From contig CAYFFC010000001.1 in the NCBI GenBank assembly GCA_964342295.1, forward strand, positions 72,453 to 136,452: 64,000 nt of DNA, in the 5' to 3' direction. The translations under genes and the position numbers were made by a program. Within the stretch, counting starts at the first letter, position 1. Every line of letters starts with the position of its first letter. This document shows, one piece after another, positions 29,213-39,306 of this stretch. The notes beneath the pieces were generated by a model, which saw nothing but the letters and a program-made list of their open reading frames with translations, did not search any database and was not told where the DNA came from. The stretch is from an uncultured Lutibacter sp. GTDB taxonomy: Bacteria; Bacteroidota; Bacteroidia; Flavobacteriales; Flavobacteriaceae.

Positions 29213-29881
29213 ATGAATAATTTAAGCATAAATTTTGATTTAAATCAAGAATTATTTTCAAAAAATCCTGTTTCCTCAGAGTTGGGACAAAAAATCTTAT
29301 CAAAAAGTATTGAATTAATTAATGAAATTGGATTTGAAGCTTTTACATTTAAAAAATTAGGGAAAGCTATTAATTCACCGGAAAGTTCTATTTACAGGTA
29401 TTTTAAAAATAAACACATGTTACTTGTTTATTTAACAAGCTGGTATTGGTCTTGGGCCGATTATCAAATAGTTTTTGCAACAACAAATATTAACTCGGCT
29501 AAAGAAAGACTTGTAAAGACCATCAGTATTTTAACACAACCGGTAATGGAGTCCACTTCTATACCTTACATTAATGAAACCCTTTTGAGTAATATTATAA
29601 TTTCAGAATCTATAAAATCGTACCACACAAAAAATGTAGATGAAGAAAATAAGAAAGGGTATTTTAAAGCATACAAAAGAGTAGTTCAAAGAGTAAGTGA
29701 TATTTTTTTGGAATTGAAACCAGATTTTAAATACCCCCATATGTTGGTTTCAACAATTATTGAAGGAACACATCATCAAAAATATTTTGCTGAACATTTA
29801 CCCTCATTAACCGATATAACTAAAGAAAAAAATACCATAGAACAGTTTTATACTGAAATGGCATTAAATTTTATTAAATAA
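29213..29881 (+). CDS. TetR/AcrR family transcriptional regulator
   Basis: IGFEAFTFKKLG...ESSIYRYFKNK helix-turn-helix. Confidence 0.9.
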   Translation: MNNLSINFDLNQELFSKNPVSSELGQKILSKSIELINEIGFEAFTFKKLGKAINSPESSIYRYFKNKHMLLVYLTSWYWSWADYQIVFATTNINSAKERLVKTISILTQPVMESTSIPYINETLLSNIIISESIKSYHTKNVDEENKKGYFKAYKRVVQRVSDIFLELKPDFKYPHMLVSTIIEGTHHQKYFAEHLPSLTDITKEKNTIEQFYTEMALNFIK

Positions 29882-29897
29882 TTTCTAACTAAAAAAA

Positions 29898-31757
29898 ATG
29901 AAAAATTTATTTGACTTTAAACACTTTCGAGGTGATTTATTTGGAGGAATAACCGCAGGTATTGTAGCGCTTCCTTTAGCATTAGCATTTGGGGTTAGCT
30001 CTGGATTAGGCCCAAGTGCCGGACTTTATGGTGCAATTTTTATTAGTTTTTTCGCTGCATTATTTGGAGGAACTAATACGCAAATCTCGGGGCCAACTGC
30101 TCCAATGACAGCAGTAAGTATGGTTGTAATTGCAGGAATTATTGCAACAAACGATGGAGATGTAACCAAAGCGTTACCAATTATTTTAATGGTTTTTCTA
30201 TTGGCAGGCTTAATGCAAATTGGCTTAGGGGTTATTGGGCTTGGAAAATACATCCGATACATTCCTTATCCTGTGGTTTCCGGGTTTATGACCGCAATTG
30301 GAGTTATTATTTTAGTGACCCAAATTTTACCATCAATAGGTTATTATCCAAAAGAAGACGTTGAATTTGTTTCTCAATTTAAACCTCAAGCAGAAGAATT
30401 AATTCTTGAAAATATATTGAAAGAAGAAGCCGGAGAAGGTGTTTTAGTTTTAGAGGATTTTAAAGAAACAATTAATAGAGCTGAAAAAGTAACTTCTGAT
30501 GATATTTTAAACGAGTCTAAAACATTAGCAGGTAAAGAAGCTTCAGGAGTTTTAGGAGCAATAAAGGTATTACCAAGAGCTCTTCAAAACATCAATTGGT
30601 TAGAGCTTATATTAGCTTTAGGAACTATCTTCATTATTTATGGCTTTAAACGAATTACAACAAAAATACCAAGTACTTTGGTTGCACTTGTGGCAATGTC
30701 TGCCATTGCAATGTTGGCTGGTTTGGATTATAGACCAATTCCTGAAATTCCACAAGGGTTACCTGAGTTTCAAAGTGGAATATTTACAGACTTTAGCCTT
30801 GGAGGTTTAACTCCGTTCATATTTACAGCTTTGACATTAGCTTTATTAGGAGCAATTGATTCGTTATTAACAAGTGTGGTTGCCGATAATATGACCAAAA
30901 CAAAACATAAACCAAATAAGGAATTAATTGGACAAGGTATTGGTAATAGTATTGCATCACTATTTGGAGGAATTCCAGGTGCCGGAGCAACAATCCGTAC
31001 TGTTGTAAATATTAATTCCGGTGGTAAAACTCGATTATCTGGTATGGTTGCCGGTGTTTTATTATTCATTATTTTATTAGCCTTGGCACCTTTAGCATCT
31101 AAAATTCCGGCAGCTGTTTTAGCAGGTATTTTAATTACAGTAGGTATTGGGGTAATGGATTATAAAGGATTGAAAGCAATACCATATTTACCTAAAGATG
31201 TAAAAATTGGTCCAATAAAATTCAGTATGGAGGTATTAATTATGCTTACTGTATTAGGTTTATCAACTTTCTGGAATTTAGTGTACGCTGTAGGTATTGG
31301 ATTGGTAATTGCTTCATTAATGTTTATGAAGAAAATAGGAGACTTAACAGCAAAACGTTCTGATGTAAAAACTTTGAAAGAAGAAGCTTGGAAAGATGAA
31401 ATAGGCTTCCCTGAAGAGTATAAAAAAGAAGTATTTATTAAGCATATAAAAGGACCTTTATTCTTTGGTTCTACAAGTGAGTTCCAACAATTGTCTCAAC
31501 AAATTCCTAAAACAGCTTCAAAAGTAATTATTCGTTTAGGAAGAACTGAATATATGGATCAATCAGGTTTATATGCCATGGAAGACGTTCTGCAAGAATT
31601 ACAAGCGCATGATATAACAGTATTGTTTGTAGAACTATTAGAACAACCTAGATACTTAATGGAACGAATTGATATTATTCCTGATTTAGTTCCTGAAGAC
31701 CAAATATTTGACACTTTTGAAGAGTGTGTAGCCTGGATAAAACAAAATCATAACTAA
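29898..31757 (+). CDS. SulP family transporter, BicA-like (probable bicarbonate transporter), with STAS domain
   Basis: ALPLALAFG, QISGPTAPM, LLGAIDSLLTSVVAD, NKELIGQG, GATIRT, GPLFFG STAS. Confidence 0.92.
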   Translation: MKNLFDFKHFRGDLFGGITAGIVALPLALAFGVSSGLGPSAGLYGAIFISFFAALFGGTNTQISGPTAPMTAVSMVVIAGIIATNDGDVTKALPIILMVFLLAGLMQIGLGVIGLGKYIRYIPYPVVSGFMTAIGVIILVTQILPSIGYYPKEDVEFVSQFKPQAEELILENILKEEAGEGVLVLEDFKETINRAEKVTSDDILNESKTLAGKEASGVLGAIKVLPRALQNINWLELILALGTIFIIYGFKRITTKIPSTLVALVAMSAIAMLAGLDYRPIPEIPQGLPEFQSGIFTDFSLGGLTPFIFTALTLALLGAIDSLLTSVVADNMTKTKHKPNKELIGQGIGNSIASLFGGIPGAGATIRTVVNINSGGKTRLSGMVAGVLLFIILLALAPLASKIPAAVLAGILITVGIGVMDYKGLKAIPYLPKDVKIGPIKFSMEVLIMLTVLGLSTFWNLVYAVGIGLVIASLMFMKKIGDLTAKRSDVKTLKEEAWKDEIGFPEEYKKEVFIKHIKGPLFFGSTSEFQQLSQQIPKTASKVIIRLGRTEYMDQSGLYAMEDVLQELQAHDITVLFVELLEQPRYLMERIDIIPDLVPEDQIFDTFEECVAWIKQNHN

Positions 31758-31767
31758 AAAATATTAT

Positions 31768-32382
31768 ATGAGAACACAAACTAAAGAAACTCAAGAAAAT
31801 TTGACTCCAAAATTAGCACATGATATTTTGGTTCAAGGAAATAATCGATTTGTTGAAAACTTAAAGGCGCAAAGAAATCTGAAAGACCAAGTTTTTGAAA
31901 CCAGTAAAGGCCAATACCCTTTTGCGGTTATATTAAGCTGCATAGATTCAAGGGTACCCGCTGAAATTGTTTTTGACCAAGGTATTGGTGATATTTTTAG
32001 CGTGCGTGTTGCCGGTAATATTGTAAACGAAGATATTTTAGGTTCTATGGAATACGCCTGTAAAGTAGCAGGATCAAAAATAGTAGTGGTAATGGGTCAT
32101 ACAAAATGTGGCGCAGTTACATCGGCTTGTCAAGGCGTTGAGCTGGGAAATATTACACCGTTACTTGAAAAAATAAAACCGGCCGTTAATTCAATAAAAA
32201 AAGATGATACCGCATTAACTAATGAGCAAATTGAAGAAGTTGGTGCAATAAATGTTAATTTATCTATTGAAAAGATAAGAGAAGAAAGTCCGATTCTTGC
32301 AGAAATGGAGAAAAACGAAGAAATTGAAATTGTAGGGGCAACTTATGATGTGCATACTGGCAAAGTAACGTTTTTTGATTAA
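31768..32382 (+). CDS. Beta-carbonic anhydrase (copy 2)
   Basis: LSCIDSRVP and GHTKCGAV; close paralogue of the gene at 25112-25723. Confidence 0.93.
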   Translation: MRTQTKETQENLTPKLAHDILVQGNNRFVENLKAQRNLKDQVFETSKGQYPFAVILSCIDSRVPAEIVFDQGIGDIFSVRVAGNIVNEDILGSMEYACKVAGSKIVVVMGHTKCGAVTSACQGVELGNITPLLEKIKPAVNSIKKDDTALTNEQIEEVGAINVNLSIEKIREESPILAEMEKNEEIEIVGATYDVHTGKVTFFD

Positions 32383-32407
32383 TAATTTTTAATAATCAAA
32401 AGCGCAA

Positions 32408-32448
32408 AAAAACTGCTTAGGAGTTAATTTAACACCTAAGCAGTTTTT
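32408..32448 (+). terminator. Intrinsic terminator after tetR-sulP-CA
   Basis: aaaaactgcttagg...cctaagcagttttt. Confidence 0.8.
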
Positions 32449-32566
32449 AATTTAATCTCTCTTTTAAAAGTTACTTACCAAACCGTTAACATGTGAAACT
32501 AAATTTCATTTTTGGTGAAAATAATTAGTTATATTTGCGGCATTACAGAAGACAGGGTAACGAAGT

Positions 32567-34363
32567 ATGAAAAATATTAGAAATTTTTGCATCATAGCAC
32601 ATATAGATCACGGTAAAAGTACACTTGCCGATAGGTTGTTGGATTTTACAGGATCTGTTACTGCCCGTGAAAAACAAGACCAGTTATTGGACAATATGGA
32701 TCTAGAACGTGAGCGTGGCATTACTATAAAAAGCCATGCCATTCAAATGGAATATGAATATGAAGGTGAAACCTATGTGCTAAATTTAATTGATACACCG
32801 GGTCATGTCGATTTTTCGTATGAAGTTTCACGCTCAATTGCAGCTTGTGAAGGAGCCTTGCTAATTGTTGATGCTGCCCAAAGTATTCAGGCTCAAACAA
32901 TTTCCAACTTGTATTTGGCTCTGGAAAACGATTTGGAAATTATTCCGGTTTTAAATAAAGTAGATTTGCCAAGTTCAAACCCCGAAGAAGTTACCGATGA
33001 TATTGTAGATTTATTGGGATGCCGTGCTGATGAAGTTATACATGCAAGCGGAAAAACAGGTTTTGGTGTTGTTAATATTTTAAAGGCTATTATTGAGCGC
33101 GTACCGGCTCCTAAAGGTAATATAAAAGAGCCTTTACAGGCACTTATTTTCGACTCGGTTTATAACTCCTATCGCGGTGTTGAAACTTATTTTAGAGTAT
33201 TAAACGGTGAAATTAAAAAAGGGCAGCGCATTAAATTTATGGCTACCGGCAATGAGTACTTTGCTGATGAGGTGGGCACTTTAAAATTAAGTCAGGTTCC
33301 TAAACAAAGCATTAAGGCAGGTGACGTGGGTTATTTAATTACAGGAATTAAAACGGCTAGTGAAGTAAAGGTGGGAGATACCATTACAGATGCTCAAAAT
33401 CCAACACAAAATCGTATTGATGGGTTTGAAGATGTAAAGCCAATGGTTTTTGCGGGTATCTACCCTGTTGACACTGAAGATTATGAAGAGCTGAGAGCTT
33501 CCATGGAAAAATTACAGTTAAACGATGCTTCTTTGGTGTTTATTCCAGAAAGTTCCGCTGCTTTAGGTTTTGGTTTTCGATGTGGATTTCTTGGAATGCT
33601 GCACTTAGAAATTATTCAAGAACGTTTGGAGCGTGAATTTGATATGACCGTTATAACAACCGTTCCAAACGTATCATACCATGCCTATACAAATAAAAAT
33701 CCGGATGATGTAATTTTAGTAAATAATCCATCCGATTTACCCGAGCCTTCAAAACTTAACCGAGTTGAGGAACCTTATATAAAAGCCACCATAATAACCA
33801 AAGCCGATTTTGTAGGTCCGGTAATGAGTTTATGTATTGAAAAACGCGGACAGATTACAAATCAAACGTACTTAACCCCTGAAAGAGTAGAACTGACTTT
33901 TGATATGCCATTAGCTGAAATTGTTTTTGATTTTTATGATAGATTAAAAACTGTTTCAAAAGGGTATGCTTCTTTTGATTACCACCCAATTGGAATGAAA
34001 GCATCAAAACTGGTTCGTGTTGATATTTTATTAAACGGACAATCGGTTGATGCATTATCAGCCTTAATTCATGCAGATAATGCCTATAACATAGGAAAAA
34101 AAATGTGTGAAAAATTACGACAGTTAATTCCACGTCAACAATTTGATATCCCTATTCAGGCTGCAATTGGGGCTAAAATTATTTCAAGAGAAACCGTTAA
34201 AGCCCTACGGAAAGATGTAACCGCTAAATGTTATGGAGGTGATATTTCACGAAAAAGAAAATTACTAGAAAAGCAAAAGAAAGGTAAAAAACGAATGCGT
34301 CAAGTAGGAAATGTTGAAATTCCGCAACAAGCATTTATGGCTGTTTTAAAACTAAACGATTAG
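32567..34363 (+). CDS. lepA: Elongation factor 4
   Basis: [46 protein letters not shown]; promoter TATATTTG at 32530-32537. Confidence 0.98.
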   Translation: MKNIRNFCIIAHIDHGKSTLADRLLDFTGSVTAREKQDQLLDNMDLERERGITIKSHAIQMEYEYEGETYVLNLIDTPGHVDFSYEVSRSIAACEGALLIVDAAQSIQAQTISNLYLALENDLEIIPVLNKVDLPSSNPEEVTDDIVDLLGCRADEVIHASGKTGFGVVNILKAIIERVPAPKGNIKEPLQALIFDSVYNSYRGVETYFRVLNGEIKKGQRIKFMATGNEYFADEVGTLKLSQVPKQSIKAGDVGYLITGIKTASEVKVGDTITDAQNPTQNRIDGFEDVKPMVFAGIYPVDTEDYEELRASMEKLQLNDASLVFIPESSAALGFGFRCGFLGMLHLEIIQERLEREFDMTVITTVPNVSYHAYTNKNPDDVILVNNPSDLPEPSKLNRVEEPYIKATIITKADFVGPVMSLCIEKRGQITNQTYLTPERVELTFDMPLAEIVFDFYDRLKTVSKGYASFDYHPIGMKASKLVRVDILLNGQSVDALSALIHADNAYNIGKKMCEKLRQLIPRQQFDIPIQAAIGAKIISRETVKALRKDVTAKCYGGDISRKRKLLEKQKKGKKRMRQVGNVEIPQQAFMAVLKLND

Positions 34364-34390
34364 CAACTATAAAAACTACATATAATAATT

Positions 34391-34424
34391 AAAAACGCCC
34401 TTGAATTTTCGAGGGCGTTTTTTT
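34391..34424. terminator. Bidirectional terminator (lepA / ferredoxin)
   Basis: aaaaacgcccttga-N4-tcgagggcgttttttt. Confidence 0.85.
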
Positions 34425-34442
34425 ATGATTTTCAGGTTAAAA

Positions 34443-34793
34443 CTATTCGTTATGCAACCAAGCTTTTTTAGCCAATAATTGCTCTTCAGTTTCTTCGTGA
34501 TCCTCATCAGGAACACAACAATCAACCGGACAAACAGATGCACATTGTGGTTCATCATGAAAACCTTTACACTCAGTACATTTATCTGTTACAATAAAGT
34601 AAAATTCATCCGATATAGGTTCATTCATTTCGTCAGCATCAGCCTCACCACCTCCCGGTAGCGTAATAGTTCCGCTTAAAGCTGTTTCTTCTGAATAGGC
34701 CCACTCGCTATCCGGTTCATAAATTGCATTATTAGGACATTCTGAAATACATGCATCACAATTTATGCATTCGTCAGTAATTTTAATAGCCAT
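34443..34793 (-). CDS. 2[4Fe-4S] ferredoxin (YfhL/Alvin-type, strongly acidic)
   Basis: CINCDACISECP and CTECKGFHDEPQCASVCP. Confidence 0.93.
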   Translation of the reverse strand: MAIKITDECINCDACISECPNNAIYEPDSEWAYSEETALSGTITLPGGGEADADEMNEPISDEFYFIVTDKCTECKGFHDEPQCASVCPVDCCVPDEDHEETEEQLLAKKAWLHNE

Positions 34794-34824
34794 CTCTTGT
34801 AATTTTTAATATTTATTTATTTCG

Positions 34825-34897
34825 CAAATTTATATAAATTCATTTAACTCAAAGTGACAAAAATCATATCCTGACATAAAAAGTAATTTTATCTTTG
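34825..34897. promoter_or_regulatory. Divergent promoters for ferredoxin (-) and korA (+) with a central FNR/CRP-like box
   Basis: TAAATTTG on the minus strand (34825-34832), GTGAC-AAAA-ATCAT (34854-34867), TATCTTTG (34890-34897). Confidence 0.6.
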
Positions 34898-34978
34898 GCA
34901 CTTAAAATTTGAGCATACAATAATTTTCTATAATTTTAAAAAATATAAAGTTAATATTTTTTTTTAAATAAGCATATT

Positions 34979-36835
34979 ATGACAAAAGCGAAAGCACCTC
35001 ATCATACCGAAATGCTCGAAACTGTAGTGATACGTTTTGTTGGTGATTCAGGAGATGGTATGCAACTTACCGGTACACAATTTTCCGGAACATCGGCCAT
35101 GTTTGGAAACGACATTGCAACTTTTCCAAACTATCCTTCTGAAATTAGAGCACCGCAAGGAAGTTTGTACGGTGTTTCTGGATTTCAGGTACATATTGGA
35201 AGTGTTGAAATAAGTACTCCGGGAGACAATTTAGATTTATTGGTGGCAATGAATCCGGCCGGTTTAAAAACTAATTTACACGCCGTAAAACCGGGTCATA
35301 CCATTATTGTTGATACCGATGCCTTTACCAAGAAAAATCTTGAAAAAGCTGAGTATGACGCAAATCCGCTTGAAGATGGCAGCTTAGATAATTACAGGGT
35401 AATTGAAGTTGCCATGACTTCATTAACAAAATTAGCTGTTAAAGATGTTGAAGGTTTAGACAATAAATCTATTACTCGTAGTAAAAACATGTTTGCCTTA
35501 GGAATGGTATATTGGATGTATAACAGATCTACTGATCATACCATCGAGTTTTTTCAAAATAAGTTTAAGTCAAAACCGCATATTGTTGAAGCCAATACAA
35601 AAGTGTTAAATGCCGGCTTTAACTTTGCGAATACTTTAGAATTAATACCTAATTCTTATACTATCTCACCTGCAGAAATGCCGGCAGGTACATACAGAAT
35701 TATAATGGGTAATACCGCAACGGCTTGGGGATTTTTAGCGGCCGCAGAAAAATCGGGCTTAGAATTGTTTTTAGGTTCGTATCCTATTACCCCTGCCACA
35801 GATATCTTGCATGAAATAGTTAAACACAAACACTTTGGTGTAAAAGCATTCCAGGCCGAAGATGAGATTGCCGGTATTGCATCATCTATTGGTGCTTCAT
35901 TTGCCGGTGATTTAGCTATTACTACAACTTCAGGTCCCGGCTTAGCCCTAAAAGGTGAAGCCATTGGCTTGGCGATGATGATTGAGTTACCGTTAGTAAT
36001 TGTAGATGTTCAACGTGGTGGCCCTTCAACCGGTTTGCCTACTAAAACAGAACAATCTGATTTGCTACAAGCTCTTTACGGAAGAAATGGTGAGAGCCCG
36101 GTAATTGTTATTGCAGCCAGTACACCGGCCAATTGCTTTAATTTTGCTTATGAAGCTGCCAAGCTAACTTTAGAACATATGACTCCGGTTATATTGTTAA
36201 CAGATGGTTATATTGCTAACGGTTCTGCTCCGTGGAAAATCCAATCAGTTTCAGAAATGCCTGAGATTAAAACTAATTTTGTAAAAGAAGCTACAGAAAA
36301 CTGGCATCCTTATGATAGAGATAACGCTACTCTTGCCAGAAATTGGGCAGTACCCGGAACACCAGGGTTGGAGCATCGTGTAGGAGGCTTAGAAAAAGAT
36401 GGTATTACCGGTAATGTTTCGTATGTACCGGAAAATCATGAAAAAATGACGCAAATAAGGGCTGAAAAAATTAAGCGTGTTCAAAATTACATTCCTGAAA
36501 TTGTTCCTGAATTTGCCCAAGAGGGCGATTTGTTGGTTGTTGGTTGGGGAGGTACATACGGTACCTTACATTCTGCTGTGAAACAAATGAATGAAGAAGG
36601 ATACCAAAATATTGGTTTTGCGCATTTCAACTATATAAATCCACTTCCAAAAAATACAGCAGACTTATTTAAAAAGTATAAGAATATTATTGTTTGTGAA
36701 TTAAACAGCGGACAGTTTGCAAAAGTACTGAAGATGAATTTTAATGGAATTGTATTTAATCAGTTTAATAAAGTTCAAGGATTACCATTTGGTAATAATG
36801 AATTAATCGAAAAATTTAAACATTTTGTAAATTAA
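34979..36835 (+). CDS. korA: 2-oxoacid:ferredoxin oxidoreductase alpha subunit (gamma-alpha fusion; 2-oxoglutarate or pyruvate)
   Basis: GDSGDGMQL, YPITPA, QAEDEIAG, TTSGPG, QRGGPSTGLPT. Confidence 0.9.
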   Translation: MTKAKAPHHTEMLETVVIRFVGDSGDGMQLTGTQFSGTSAMFGNDIATFPNYPSEIRAPQGSLYGVSGFQVHIGSVEISTPGDNLDLLVAMNPAGLKTNLHAVKPGHTIIVDTDAFTKKNLEKAEYDANPLEDGSLDNYRVIEVAMTSLTKLAVKDVEGLDNKSITRSKNMFALGMVYWMYNRSTDHTIEFFQNKFKSKPHIVEANTKVLNAGFNFANTLELIPNSYTISPAEMPAGTYRIIMGNTATAWGFLAAAEKSGLELFLGSYPITPATDILHEIVKHKHFGVKAFQAEDEIAGIASSIGASFAGDLAITTTSGPGLALKGEAIGLAMMIELPLVIVDVQRGGPSTGLPTKTEQSDLLQALYGRNGESPVIVIAASTPANCFNFAYEAAKLTLEHMTPVILLTDGYIANGSAPWKIQSVSEMPEIKTNFVKEATENWHPYDRDNATLARNWAVPGTPGLEHRVGGLEKDGITGNVSYVPENHEKMTQIRAEKIKRVQNYIPEIVPEFAQEGDLLVVGWGGTYGTLHSAVKQMNEEGYQNIGFAHFNYINPLPKNTADLFKKYKNIIVCELNSGQFAKVLKMNFNGIVFNQFNKVQGLPFGNNELIEKFKHFVN

Positions 36836-36837
36836 TT

Positions 36838-37851
36838 ATGGAAACAACTGCAGAAAAAAAATATACGTTTAAGGATTTTTCAAGCGATCAAGAAGTTCGT
36901 TGGTGCCCTGGTTGTGATGACTATGTTATTTTACGCTCAATGCAAAAGGCATTACCCGAAATGGGTGTAAAAAGAGAAGATGTAGTTTTTATTTCAGGTA
37001 TTGGATGTTCTTCACGGTTTCCATATTATATGAATACTTACGGAATGCATAGTATTCATGGCAGGGCTCCCGGAATTGCTTCAGGTGTAAAACTGGCAAA
37101 CCCCAACCTTAGTGTTTGGGTAATGACCGGTGATGGTGATGCCATGGCAATTGGTGGTAACCATTTTATTCATGTATTGAGAAGAAATATCGACTTGAAT
37201 ATTGTATTATTTAATAATGAAATTTATGGATTAACTAAGGGTCAGTTTTCACCAACTTCTCTAGTTGGTCAAAAAACAAAATCTTCGCCTTACGGAAATA
37301 CACAACCTCCGTTTCAACCTGGAGAGCTTGCTTTAGGGGCTCAAGCACGTTTTTTTGCACGTATTGGCGGAAACAACCCTAAAGATATGTCGAATATTTT
37401 TGTTGAAGCACACAAATTTAAAGGAACATCATTAATTGAGGTATTGCAAAATTGTGTGATTTTTAATGATGGTTGCTTTACAAATGTTACAGACAAGAAC
37501 GTTAAAGCCGACAAACAAATTTATTTGGAACACGGCAAGCCTATGATATTTGGTAAAAACAAAGATAAAGGACTTGTTTTAAATGGACTAAAATTAGAAG
37601 TTGTTACTATAGGTGAAAATGGTATTACAGAAGATGATATATTAGTACATAATGCCAAGGAAAAAGACCTAACCTTACATCAAATGTTGGTAAGATTAGA
37701 ATATCCTTTGGCAACAGGTATTATTAGAAGTTGTGATGATGTAACACTTGAAGAACACGAAAATGAACTTACGGAACAAGTTAAAGCCAATTCAAAATTC
37801 ACCAAAACCGATGATTTGTTTTTCTCCGGAGAAACCTATGAAGTTAAATAA
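36838..37851 (+). CDS. korB: 2-oxoacid:ferredoxin oxidoreductase beta subunit (TPP-binding)
   Basis: WCPGC, SGIGCSSR, HGRA, GDGD...GGNH, NNEIYGLTKGQ. Confidence 0.9.
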   Translation: METTAEKKYTFKDFSSDQEVRWCPGCDDYVILRSMQKALPEMGVKREDVVFISGIGCSSRFPYYMNTYGMHSIHGRAPGIASGVKLANPNLSVWVMTGDGDAMAIGGNHFIHVLRRNIDLNIVLFNNEIYGLTKGQFSPTSLVGQKTKSSPYGNTQPPFQPGELALGAQARFFARIGGNNPKDMSNIFVEAHKFKGTSLIEVLQNCVIFNDGCFTNVTDKNVKADKQIYLEHGKPMIFGKNKDKGLVLNGLKLEVVTIGENGITEDDILVHNAKEKDLTLHQMLVRLEYPLATGIIRSCDDVTLEEHENELTEQVKANSKFTKTDDLFFSGETYEVK

Positions 37852-37913
37852 TATATTAATATAGATGATAAAACAATAAGTTTAATTCTTTTAAATCTAA
37901 CTTTAATTAACAT

Positions 37914-38264
37914 ATGGGATCGGAAGCCATTATTGTATTTTTAATTGCCGGTATTGTTCTAGTTGCCGGAGCCAATTTTTTGTCGGGAATCATCTCTCAT
38001 AAATCCGACAATCCTCAAAAAAGAGAACCTTATGAAAGCGGTATGGTTACCATAGGCCCCACTTGGGTTCAATTTAAAGTTGGTTATTATTTATTTGCCG
38101 TTTTATTCTTAATTTTTGATGTAGAGGTGGCATTTCTAATTCCTTGGGCTGTAGTTTATAAAAGCATAGGAGCTATTGCATTTTTTGAGGTTTTAATATT
38201 TCTTATAATTTTAGGATTAGGCTTAGCCTATGCATGGAAAAAAGGAGCTTTACAATGGAAATAA
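37914..38264 (+). CDS. nuoA: Complex I subunit A
   Basis: [25 protein letters not shown]. Confidence 0.95.
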   Translation: MGSEAIIVFLIAGIVLVAGANFLSGIISHKSDNPQKREPYESGMVTIGPTWVQFKVGYYLFAVLFLIFDVEVAFLIPWAVVYKSIGAIAFFEVLIFLIILGLGLAYAWKKGALQWK

Positions 38265-38815
38265 AAAACAATAATACCATTCCTGAAGATTTCCCGGGAA
38301 AAGTAATCCCGGCAGGTAATGGAGCAAACGTAATTGTTACGTCATTAGATAAAATAATAAACTGGGGGCGATCAAATTCATTATGGTCATTATACTTTGG
38401 AACCAGTTGCTGTGCAATTGAAATGATGCAAACAGGAGCTGCACGTCATGATTATTCTCGATTTGGATTTGAAGTTGCCAGACCTTCTCCAAGACAAGCC
38501 GATTTAATTATTATTGCCGGTACAATTGTTAACAAAATGGCACCGGTATTAAGGCGATTATACGACCAAATGGCAGAACCTAAATATGTGATTGCCATGG
38601 GTGCTTGTGCAATTTCAGGTGGACCATTTTTTTACAATACTTATTCTGTAGTTAAGGGCGCAGACCATGTAATTCCGGTTGATGTATATGTACCGGGTTG
38701 CCCGCCACGCCCAGAAGCGTTGCTTGAAGGCATGCTTATGCTTCAGGATAAAATCAGAAAAGAAAGTTTAAAGCACAAAATTAATCCTGTTGAAGGTTTT
38801 GATGAAGGTAAATAA
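38255..38815 (+). CDS. nuoB: Complex I subunit B
   Basis: [30 protein letters not shown]; start taken at MEIKNN, overlapping the nuoA stop. Confidence 0.96.
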   Translation: MEIKNNNTIPEDFPGKVIPAGNGANVIVTSLDKIINWGRSNSLWSLYFGTSCCAIEMMQTGAARHDYSRFGFEVARPSPRQADLIIIAGTIVNKMAPVLRRLYDQMAEPKYVIAMGACAISGGPFFYNTYSVVKGADHVIPVDVYVPGCPPRPEALLEGMLMLQDKIRKESLKHKINPVEGFDEGK

Positions 38816-38823
38816 TTTATAAA

Positions 38824-39300
38824 ATGACAAAAGAAGCATTACAAAAATTAATAAGTTCATGGTTTTCAAACTCTTCAGAAGCGGGATTGAGCTTTTTTAC
38901 GGAAGGATCAGAATTTTTAAATGTTGAAATCCAACCTGAATATTTACATAATTTTATGCATCAACTCAAAAATGAGCAAGAAACCTGTTTCGATTATTTA
39001 TTTTGCTTAACCGGGGTTGATTGGGGTAAAGAATTAGGAGTGGTTTACCACTTAGAATCAACAACATTAAGACACTCAATTGTTGTTAGAGTTAAAACCA
39101 ATGACCGTGAAAATCCGGCGATAGATACTGTTTCTGATATTTGGGCTACTGCCGAATTTCATGAGCGTGAAGTTTACGATTTTTTTGGTATTAAGTTTAA
39201 CAATCACCCAAATTTAAAACGCCTTTTCTTAACAGATGAATGGTCTGGATTTCCCTTAAGAAAAGATTATGAAGATGAAATCAATATGGTTATTAAATAA
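38824..39300 (+). CDS. nuoC: Complex I subunit C
   Basis: FDYLFCLTGVD, EREVYDFFGI, HPNLKRLFL, PLRKDY. Confidence 0.94.
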   Translation: MTKEALQKLISSWFSNSSEAGLSFFTEGSEFLNVEIQPEYLHNFMHQLKNEQETCFDYLFCLTGVDWGKELGVVYHLESTTLRHSIVVRVKTNDRENPAIDTVSDIWATAEFHEREVYDFFGIKFNNHPNLKRLFLTDEWSGFPLRKDYEDEINMVIK

Positions 39301-39306
39301 ATAAAA

